The notes below the pieces were generated by a model that ran no database searches, was not told the DNA's origin, and saw only the letters and a program-made list of their open reading frames with translations. The position numbers and the translations under genes were made by a program. A DNA stretch of 33,059 nt from Macrostomum lignano. Taxonomy: Eukaryota. Shown one piece after another: positions 12,601-23,300 of the stretch; the first letter of the stretch is position 1, and each line of letters starts with the position of its first letter. The stretch spans positions 1-33,059 of the forward strand of contig NIVC01002841.1 of NCBI GenBank assembly GCA_002269645.1, in the 5' to 3' direction.

Positions 12601-15600
12601 CGCTGCATCGCTCCGGGTCTAGCTGAATGCTGCAGCGCGGCTCGCGCCTGCTCCACCGACGTCAGCACCGAGGCGTCGAACAGTCCGATGCGATTCAGAC
12701 GCGCCAGTCGCTCGATCGTAGCGTCAAACAGTGCCGCGTTCATTGCCGCGTCCTCGACGACCGGCTCAGCTTCTGGCTCTTCCTCCTCCTGTTCTGGCGC
12801 TGCAGCTTCCGCCTGTTCAGCTGCGGTGATCTCATCAAGGCGGCGCTTGTACTCTGCCAGCTCCGCGTTCAGTCGCTGCATCGCTCCGGGTCTAGCTGAA
12901 TGCTGCAGCGCGGCTCGCGCCTGCTCCACCGACGTCAGCACCGAGGCGTCGAACAGTCCGATGCGATTCAGACGCGCCAGTCGCTCGATCGTAGCGTCAA
13001 ACAGTGCCGCGTTCATTGCCGCGTCCTCGACGACCGGCTCAGCTTCTGGCTCTTCCTCCTCCTGTTCTGGCGCTGCAGCTTCCGCCTGTTCAGCTGCGGT
13101 GATCTCATCAAGGCGGCGCTTGTACTCTGCCAGCTCCGCGTTCAGTCGCTGCATCGCTCCGGGTCTAGCTGAATGCTGCAGCGCGGCTCGCGCCTGCTCC
13201 ACCGACGTCAGCACCGAGGCGTCGAACAGTCCGATGCGATTCAGACGCGCCAGTCGCTCGATCGTAGCGTCAAACAGTGCCGCGTTCATTGCCGCGTCCT
13301 CGACGACCGGCTCAGCTTCTGGCTCTTCCTCCTCCTGTTCTGGCGCTGCAGCTTCCGCCTGTTCAGCTGCGGTGATCTCATCAAGGCGGCGCTTGTACTC
13401 TGCCAGCTCCGCGTTCAGTCGCTGCATCGCTCCGGGTCTAGCTGAATGCTGCAGCGCGGCTCGCGCCTGCTCCACCGACGTCAGCACCGAGGCGTCGAAC
13501 AGTCCGATGCGATTCAGACGCGCCAGTCGCTCGATCGTAGCGTCAAACAGTGCCGCGTTCATTGCCGCGTCCTCGACGACCGGCTCAGCTTCTGGCTCTT
13601 CCTCCTCCTGTTCTGGCGCTGCAGCTTCCGCCTGTTCAGCTGCGGTGATCTCATCAAGGCGGCGCTTGTACTCTGCCAGCTCCGCGTTCAGTCGCTGCAT
13701 CGCTCCGGGTCTAGCTGAATGCTGCAGCGCGGCTCGCGCCTGCTCCACCGACGTCAGCACCGAGGCGTCGAACAGTCCGATGCGATTCAGACGCGCCAGT
13801 CGCTCGATCGTAGCGTCAAACAGTGCCGCGTTCATTGCCGCGTCCTCGACGACCGGCTCAGCTTCTGGCTCTTCCTCCTCCTGTTCTGGCGCTGCAGCTT
13901 CCGCCTGTTCAGCTGCGGTGATCTCATCAAGGCGGCGCTTGTACTCTGCCAGCTCCGCGTTCAGTCGCTGCATCGCTCCGGGTCTAGCTGAATGCTGCAG
14001 CGCGGCTCGCGCCTGCTCCACCGACGTCAGCACCGAGGCGTCGAACAGTCCGATGCGATTCAGACGCGCCAGTCGCTCGATCGTAGCGTCAAACAGTGCC
14101 GCGTTCATTGCCGCGTCCTCGACGACCGGCTCAGCTTCTGGCTCTTCCTCCTCCTGTTCTGGCGCTGCAGCTTCCGCCTGTTCAGCTGCGGTGATCTCAT
14201 CAAGGCGGCGCTTGTACTCTGCCAGCTCCGCGTTCAGTCGCTGCATCGCTCCGGGTCTAGCTGAATGCTGCAGCGCGGCTCGCGCCTGCTCCACCGACGT
14301 CAGCACCGAGGCGTCGAACAGTCCGATGCGATTCAGACGCGCCAGTCGCTCGATCGTAGCGTCAAACAGTGCCGCGTTCATTGCCGCGTCCTCGACGACC
14401 GGCTCAGCTTCTGGCTCTTCCTCCTCCTGTTCTGGCGCTGCAGCTTCCGCCTGTTCAGCTGCGGTGATCTCATCAAGGCGGCGCTTGTACTCTGCCAGCT
14501 CCGCGTTCAGTCGCTGCATCGCTCCGGGTCTAGCTGAATGCTGCAGCGCGGCTCGCGCCTGCTCCACCGACGTCAGCACCGAGGCGTCGAACAGTCCGAT
14601 GCGATTCAGACGCGCCAGTCGCTCGATCGTAGCGTCAAACAGTGCCGCGTTCATTGCCGCGTCCTCGACGACCGGCTCAGCTTCTGGCTCTTCCTCCTCC
14701 TGTTCTGGCGCTGCAGCTTCCGCCTGTTCAGCTGCGGTGATCTCATCAAGGCGGCGCTTGTACTCTGCCAGCTCCGCGTTCAGTCGCTGCATCGCTCCGG
14801 GTCTAGCTGAATGCTGCAGCGCGGCTCGCGCCTGCTCCACCGACGTCAGCACCGAGGCGTCGAACAGTCCGATGCGATTCAGACGCGCCAGTCGCTCGAT
14901 CGTAGCGTCAAACAGTGCCGCGTTCATTGCCGCGTCCTCGACGACCGGCTCAGCTTCTGGCTCTTCCTCCTCCTGTTCTGGCGCTGCAGCTTCCGCCTGT
15001 TCAGCTGCGGTGATCTCATCAAGGCGGCGCTTGTACTCTGCCAGCTCCGCGTTCAGTCGCTGCATCGCTCCGGGTCTAGCTGAATGCTGCAGCGCGGCTC
15101 GCGCCTGCTCCACCGACGTCAGCACCGAGGCGTCGAACAGTCCGATGCGATTCAGACGCGCCAGTCGCTCGATCGTAGCGTCAAACAGTGCCGCGTTCAT
15201 TGCCGCGTCCTCGACGACCGGCTCAGCTTCTGGCTCTTCCTCCTCCTGTTCTGGCGCTGCAGCTTCCGCCTGTTCAGCTGCGGTGATCTCATCAAGGCGG
15301 CGCTTGTACTCTGCCAGCTCCGCGTTCAGTCGCTGCATCGCTCCGGGTCTAGCTGAATGCTGCAGCGCGGCTCGCGCCTGCTCCACCGACGTCAGCACCG
15401 AGGCGTCGAACAGTCCGATGCGATTCAGACGCGCCAGTCGCTCGATCGTAGCGTCAAACAGTGCCGCGTTCATTGCCGCGTCCTCGACGACCGGCTCAGC
15501 TTCTGGCTCTTCCTCCTCCTGTTCTGGCGCTGCAGCTTCCGCCTGTTCAGCTGCGGTGATCTCATCAAGGCGGCGCTTGTACTCTGCCAGCTCCGCGTTC

Positions 15601-18600
15601 AGTCGCTGCATCGCTCCGGGTCTAGCTGAATGCTGCAGCGCGGCTCGCGCCTGCTCCACCGACGTCAGCACCGAGGCGTCGAACAGTCCGATGCGATTCA
15701 GACGCGCCAGTCGCTCGATCGTAGCGTCAAACAGTGCCGCGTTCATTGCCGCGTCCTCGACGACCGGCTCAGCTTCTGGCTCTTCCTCCTCCTGTTCTGG
15801 CGCTGCAGCTTCCGCCTGTTCAGCTGCGGTGATCTCATCAAGGCGGCGCTTGTACTCTGCCAGCTCCGCGTTCAGTCGCTGCATCGCTCCGGGTCTAGCT
15901 GAATGCTGCAGCGCGGCTCGCGCCTGCTCCACCGACGTCAGCACCGAGGCGTCGAACAGTCCGATGCGATTCAGACGCGCCAGTCGCTCGATCGTAGCGT
16001 CAAACAGTGCCGCGTTCATTGCCGCGTCCTCGACGACCGGCTCAGCTTCTGGCTCTTCCTCCTCCTGTTCTGGCGCTGCAGCTTCCGCCTGTTCAGCTGC
16101 GGTGATCTCATCAAGGCGGCGCTTGTACTCTGCCAGCTCCGCGTTCAGTCGCTGCATCGCTCCGGGTCTAGCTGAATGCTGCAGCGCGGCTCGCGCCTGC
16201 TCCACCGACGTCAGCACCGAGGCGTCGAACAGTCCGATGCGATTCAGACGCGCCAGTCGCTCGATCGTAGCGTCAAACAGTGCCGCGTTCATTGCCGCGT
16301 CCTCGACGACCGGCTCAGCTTCTGGCTCTTCCTCCTCCTGTTCTGGCGCTGCAGCTTCCGCCTGTTCAGCTGCGGTGATCTCATCAAGGCGGCGCTTGTA
16401 CTCTGCCAGCTCCGCGTTCAGTCGCTGCATCGCTCCGGGTCTAGCTGAATGCTGCAGCGCGGCTCGCGCCTGCTCCACCGACGTCAGCACCGAGGCGTCG
16501 AACAGTCCGATGCGATTCAGACGCGCCAGTCGCTCGATCGTAGCGTCAAACAGTGCCGCGTTCATTGCCGCGTCCTCGACGACCGGCTCAGCTTCTGGCT
16601 CTTCCTCCTCCTGTTCTGGCGCTGCAGCTTCCGCCTGTTCAGCTGCGGTGATCTCATCAAGGCGGCGCTTGTACTCTGCCAGCTCCGCGTTCAGTCGCTG
16701 CATCGCTCCGGGTCTAGCTGAATGCTGCAGCGCGGCTCGCGCCTGCTCCACCGACGTCAGCACCGAGGCGTCGAACAGTCCGATGCGATTCAGACGCGCC
16801 AGTCGCTCGATCGTAGCGTCAAACAGTGCCGCGTTCATTGCCGCGTCCTCGACGACCGGCTCAGCTTCTGGCTCTTCCTCCTCCTGTTCTGGCGCTGCAG
16901 CTTCCGCCTGTTCAGCTGCGGTGATCTCATCAAGGCGGCGCTTGTACTCTGCCAGCTCCGCGTTCAGTCGCTGCATCGCTCCGGGTCTAGCTGAATGCTG
17001 CAGCGCGGCTCGCGCCTGCTCCACCGACGTCAGCACCGAGGCGTCGAACAGTCCGATGCGATTCAGACGCGCCAGTCGCTCGATCGTAGCGTCAAACAGT
17101 GCCGCGTTCATTGCCGCGTCCTCGACGACCGGCTCAGCTTCTGGCTCTTCCTCCTCCTGTTCTGGCGCTGCAGCTTCCGCCTGTTCAGCTGCGGTGATCT
17201 CATCAAGGCGGCGCTTGTACTCTGCCAGCTCCGCGTTCAGTCGCTGCATCGCTCCGGGTCTAGCTGAATGCTGCAGCGCGGCTCGCGCCTGCTCCACCGA
17301 CGTCAGCACCGAGGCGTCGAACAGTCCGATGCGATTCAGACGCGCCAGTCGCTCGATCGTAGCGTCAAACAGTGCCGCGTTCATTGCCGCGTCCTCGACG
17401 ACCGGCTCAGCTTCTGGCTCTTCCTCCTCCTGTTCTGGCGCTGCAGCTTCCGCCTGTTCAGCTGCGGTGATCTCATCAAGGCGGCGCTTGTACTCTGCCA
17501 GCTCCGCGTTCAGTCGCTGCATCGCTCCGGGTCTAGCTGAATGCTGCAGCGCGGCTCGCGCCTGCTCCACCGACGTCAGCACCGAGGCGTCGAACAGTCC
17601 GATGCGATTCAGACGCGCCAGTCGCTCGATCGTAGCGTCAAACAGTGCCGCGTTCATTGCCGCGTCCTCGACGACCGGCTCAGCTTCTGGCTCTTCCTCC
17701 TCCTGTTCTGGCGCTGCAGCTTCCGCCTGTTCAGCTGCGGTGATCTCATCAAGGCGGCGCTTGTACTCTGCCAGCTCCGCGTTCAGTCGCTGCATCGCTC
17801 CGGGTCTAGCTGAATGCTGCAGCGCGGCTCGCGCCTGCTCCACCGACGTCAGCACCGAGGCGTCGAACAGTCCGATGCGATTCAGACGCGCCAGTCGCTC
17901 GATCGTAGCGTCAAACAGTGCCGCGTTCATTGCCGCGTCCTCGACGACCGGCTCAGCTTCTGGCTCTTCCTCCTCCTGTTCTGGCGCTGCAGCTTCCGCC
18001 TGTTCAGCTGCGGTGATCTCATCAAGGCGGCGCTTGTACTCTGCCAGCTCCGCGTTCAGTCGCTGCATCGCTCCGGGTCTAGCTGAATGCTGCAGCGCGG
18101 CTCGCGCCTGCTCCACCGACGTCAGCACCGAGGCGTCGAACAGTCCGATGCGATTCAGACGCGCCAGTCGCTCGATCGTAGCGTCAAACAGTGCCGCGTT
18201 CATTGCCGCGTCCTCGACGACCGGCTCAGCTTCTGGCTCTTCCTCCTCCTGTTCTGGCGCTGCAGCTTCCGCCTGTTCAGCTGCGGTGATCTCATCAAGG
18301 CGGCGCTTGTACTCTGCCAGCTCCGCGTTCAGTCGCTGCATCGCTCCGGGTCTAGCTGAATGCTGCAGCGCGGCTCGCGCCTGCTCCACCGACGTCAGCA
18401 CCGAGGCGTCGAACAGTCCGATGCGATTCAGACGCGCCAGTCGCTCGATCGTAGCGTCAAACAGTGCCGCGTTCATTGCCGCGTCCTCGACGACCGGCTC
18501 AGCTTCTGGCTCTTCCTCCTCCTGTTCTGGCGCTGCAGCTTCCGCCTGTTCAGCTGCGGTGATCTCATCAAGGCGGCGCTTGTACTCTGCCAGCTCCGCG

Positions 18601-20395
18601 TTCAGTCGCTGCATCGCTCCGGGTCTAGCTGAATGCTGCAGCGCGGCTCGCGCCTGCTCCACCGACGTCAGCACCGAGGCGTCGAACAGTCCGATGCGAT
18701 TCAGACGCGCCAGTCGCTCGATCGTAGCGTCAAACAGTGCCGCGTTCATTGCCGCGTCCTCGACGACCGGCTCAGCTTCTGGCTCTTCCTCCTCCTGTTC
18801 TGGCGCTGCAGCTTCCGCCTGTTCAGCTGCGGTGATCTCATCAAGGCGGCGCTTGTACTCTGCCAGCTCCGCGTTCAGTCGCTGCATCGCTCCGGGTCTA
18901 GCTGAATGCTGCAGCGCGGCTCGCGCCTGCTCCACCGACGTCAGCACCGAGGCGTCGAACAGTCCGATGCGATTCAGACGCGCCAGTCGCTCGATCGTAG
19001 CGTCAAACAGTGCCGCGTTCATTGCCGCGTCCTCGACGACCGGCTCAGCTTCTGGCTCTTCCTCCTCCTGTTCTGGCGCTGCAGCTTCCGCCTGTTCAGC
19101 TGCGGTGATCTCATCAAGGCGGCGCTTGTACTCTGCCAGCTCCGCGTTCAGTCGCTGCATCGCTCCGGGTCTAGCTGAATGCTGCAGCGCGGCTCGCGCC
19201 TGCTCCACCGACGTCAGCACCGAGGCGTCGAACAGTCCGATGCGATTCAGACGCGCCAGTCGCTCGATCGTAGCGTCAAACAGTGCCGCGTTCATTGCCG
19301 CGTCCTCGACGACCGGCTCAGCTTCTGGCTCTTCCTCCTCCTGTTCTGGCGCTGCAGCTTCCGCCTGTTCAGCTGCGGTGATCTCATCAAGGCGGCGCTT
19401 GTACTCTGCCAGCTCCGCGTTCAGTCGCTGCATCGCTCCGGGTCTAGCTGAATGCTGCAGCGCGGCTCGCGCCTGCTCCACCGACGTCAGCACCGAGGCG
19501 TCGAACAGTCCGATGCGATTCAGACGCGCCAGTCGCTCGATCGTAGCGTCAAACAGTGCCGCGTTCATTGCCGCGTCCTCGACGACCGGCTCAGCTTCTG
19601 GCTCTTCCTCCTCCTGTTCTGGCGCTGCAGCTTCCGCCTGTTCAGCTGCGGTGATCTCATCAAGGCGGCGCTTGTACTCTGCCAGCTCCGCGTTCAGTCG
19701 CTGCATCGCTCCGGGTCTAGCTGAATGCTGCAGCGCGGCTCGCGCCTGCTCCACCGACGTCAGCACCGAGGCGTCGAACAGTCCGATGCGATTCAGACGC
19801 GCCAGTCGCTCGATCGTAGCGTCAAACAGTGCCGCGTTCATTGCCGCGTCCTCGACGACCGGCTCAGCTTCTGGCTCTTCCTCCTCCTGTTCTGGCGCTG
19901 CAGCTTCCGCCTGTTCAGCTGCGGTGATCTCATCAAGGCGGCGCTTGTACTCTGCCAGCTCCGCGTTCAGTCGCTGCATCGCTCCGGGTCTAGCTGAATG
20001 CTGCAGCGCGGCTCGCGCCTGCTCCACCGACGTCAGCACCGAGGCGTCGAACAGTCCGATGCGATTCAGACGCGCCAGTCGCTCGATCGTAGCGTCAAAC
20101 AGTGCCGCGTTCATTGCCGCGTCCTCGACGACCGGCTCAGCTTCTGGCTCTTCCTCCTCCTGTTCTGGCGCTGCAGCTTCCGCCTGTTCAGCTGCGGTGA
20201 TCTCATCAAGGCGGCGCTTGTACTCTGCCAGCTCCGCGTTCAGTCGCTGCATCGCTCCGGGTCTAGCTGAATGCTGCAGCGCGGCTCGCGCCTGCTCCAC
20301 CGACGTCAGCACCGAGGCGTCGAACAGTCCGATGCGATTCAGACGCGCCAGTCGCTCGATCGTAGCGTCAAACAGTGCCGCGTTCATTGCCGCGT
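1..20395 (-). repeat. Array B: at least 74.7 tandem copies of a 273-bp (91-aa) unit, AAMNAALFDATIERLARLNRIGLFDASVLTSVEQARAALQHSARPGAMQRLNAELAEYKRRLDEITAAEQAEAAAPEQEEEEPEAEPVVED
   Basis: The period is exactly 273 nt (ORF starts 615, 888 ... 20271, i.e. 72 steps). Translations are identical in three frames in every copy. The consensus match ends at 20395 (gccgcgt|tttct). The unit is about 64% GC (174/273 by hand count). Confidence 0.99.
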
Positions 20396-23300
20396 TTTCT
20401 TTTTTGGTTTCCTGCTTTTGTTCGTATTGGAATTCTATTGTGTCTGCGATTTCGTTTCGGAATGGTAGCATTTTTGGGAGTGAGTCTGTTGTTTTTTGTT
20501 GTATTTGCCATAATCCGGTCGAAAGTATGTAGTTTCTAGTGTGATCAAAGTCTTTGGTGTAAATATGCAGTAGTCGCTTGAACCTTCCCAGTGCTTGTCG
20601 TCCTACTGGTGCACTTTGACCTTTAGTGAGCTGATGCTGAAGGCCTTTCTCTGCATGCAAAAATATGGATAAAAACTTTTTCCAAGTGGACCCCTCCGTT
20701 AATAGTAAACGAGGCGCTTGATAAAGAAAGCTTCTAGTTGACTCAGTTAGAAATTCATATCGGAGTTTTTTAAGAGGAATCCGGAGTAAAGAGCATTGGA
20801 TCGCCTCACAATAGTAGTCTGTAGCTTCTGAGATATGGCCTATCGCAGTTTTCATTGACAGTTCAAAACGTACCATGTCGCTGTTTAGAAGTGCGTACTT
20901 GTTTAGCATGGCTAAACAATTAGACAATTCTGCTGAAAAATCTGCAACCAAGAATTTATTCATTGATACCATCGATATTTGAAGACCGTGCCAATATGAT
21001 CTTCTACTATGTAAAATTTCCAGTTGACGATGTATCGAATTAAAAAATTCTGATAAATTCACGTTCCTACACGACGACAGTTGATTCTCCGAATTCGATG
21101 CAATTTCTATCCAATATGAGATTTGAGCAACTTCAGCAGTATGCCGTTCTGAGATCCATGACCAAAACTTACACCGCATTAGCTCTACCATAGTCTGACG
21201 AAGAGGCGAAACAAGGAACTGGATCAACTCGGCAGACCTTGCGATCCGTAGCTGCTGTAAAACTCCTTTCACAAGAAAACTCGAATGGCAAAGCTGGACC
21301 CCGGATGCTAGGCTACGAATGCCAGGCCGAAGCTCTTGCAAAAACATTGGGCGAGCGTCCACCAGTTTATGGAGACCATGTACCAGAGGCATAGGAGACA
21401 AGGAATCAGACGGATAAACAGAGCACAAGAAGTTAATCTGGTCCACTAAGTCTTTCCAACGCTGCTGCTCGGTTACCTTGTTTTCCTGACCAATAACCGT
21501 CAACATTGACGCTTGCTTCTTGTAAGAATCCAACGCACCGTCGAGGCGTTCCATCGATCCGGGTGTTGCACCACTCGACAGCAGAGCCCGTGCCATTCCG
21601 ACAGATGTCAGCACCGACTCGTCATACAGTCCAGACGCCTTCAACTTGTTCAGCCTCGAGATCATCAGCTCCGTCACAGCCGCGCTGGTCGGTGCTGCTT
21701 CCTCTGGCGGCTGCTTTGACTCGACACGCTTTCCAACCTCGTCCGTGGAAACCTGTGGCTTCTCGACCTCAGCTGCAGGAGCTTCTGACTTTGGAGTCTC
21801 GTCCGGTTGTACGCCATCTTCCTTGTCAACGACAGCCGCGGCCAGAAGAGCGTCTCTATCTGACGCTTGCTTCTTGTAAGAATCCAACGCACCGTCGAGG
21901 CGTTCCATCGATCCGGGTGTTGCACCACTCGACAGCAGAGCCCGTGCCATTCCGACAGATGTCAGCACCGACTCGTCATACAGTCCAGACGCCTTCAACT
22001 TGTTCAGCCTCGAGATCATCAGCTCCGTCACAGCCGCGCTGGTCGGTGCTGCTTCCTCTGGCGGCTGCTTTGACTCGACACGCTTTCCAACCTCGTCCGT
22101 GGAAACCTGTGGCTTCTCGACCTCAGCTGCAGGAGCTTCTGACTTTGGAGTCTCGTCCGGTTGTACGCCATCTTCCTTGTCAACGACAGCCGCGGCCAGA
22201 AGAGCGTCTCTATCTGACGCTTGCTTCTTGTAAGAATCCAACGCACCGTCGAGGCGTTCCATCGATCCGGGTGTTGCACCACTCGACAGCAGAGCCCGTG
22301 CCATTCCGACAGATGTCAGCACCGACTCGTCATACAGTCCAGACGCCTTCAACTTGTTCAGCCTCGAGATCATCAGCTCCGTCACAGCCGCGCTGGTCGG
22401 TGCTGCTTCCTCTGGCGGCTGCTTTGACTCGACACGCTTTCCAACCTCGTCCGTGGAAACCTGTGGCTTCTCGACCTCAGCTGCAGGAGCTTCTGACTTT
22501 GGAGTCTCGTCCGGTTGTACGCCATCTTCCTTGTCAACGACAGCCGCGGCCAGAAGAGCGTCTCTATCTGACGCTTGCTTCTTGTAAGAATCCAACGCAC
22601 CGTCGAGGCGTTCCATCGATCCGGGTGTTGCACCACTCGACAGCAGAGCCCGTGCCATTCCGACAGATGTCAGCACCGACTCGTCATACAGTCCAGACGC
22701 CTTCAACTTGTTCAGCCTCGAGATCATCAGCTCCGTCACAGCCGCGCTGGTCGGTGCTGCTTCCTCTGGCGGCTGCTTTGACTCGACACGCTTTCCAACC
22801 TCGTCCGTGGAAACCTGTGGCTTCTCGACCTCAGCTGCAGGAGCTTCTGACTTTGGAGTCTCGTCCGGTTGTACGCCATCTTCCTTGTCAACGACAGCCG
22901 CGGCCAGAAGAGCGTCTCTATCTGACGCTTGCTTCTTGTAAGAATCCAACGCACCGTCGAGGCGTTCCATCGATCCGGGTGTTGCACCACTCGACAGCAG
23001 AGCCCGTGCCATTCCGACAGATGTCAGCACCGACTCGTCATACAGTCCAGACGCCTTCAACTTGTTCAGCCTCGAGATCATCAGCTCCGTCACAGCCGCG
23101 CTGGTCGGTGCTGCTTCCTCTGGCGGCTGCTTTGACTCGACACGCTTTCCAACCTCGTCCGTGGAAACCTGTGGCTTCTCGACCTCAGCTGCAGGAGCTT
23201 CTGACTTTGGAGTCTCGTCCGGTTGTACGCCATCTTCCTTGTCAACGACAGCCGCGGCCAGAAGAGCGTCTCTATCTGACGCTTGCTTCTTGTAAGAATC

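Noticed and set aside
343-20532. 6,729-aa plus-strand ORF (Ser/Ala/Cys-rich)
   Set aside because: One stop-free frame of a GC-rich 273-bp unit multiplied about 74 times. It ends soon after entering unique sequence, starts only via the 602 indel, and shows no homology to array A's antisense frames.
21380-21480. Possible degenerate third copy of the helical module at the start of the unique segment (WKDLVDQINFLCSVYP...)
   Set aside because: It lacks the conserved GL[YF]DxSVLTSV and PGxMxRL motifs, so any similarity is only generic amphipathicity.
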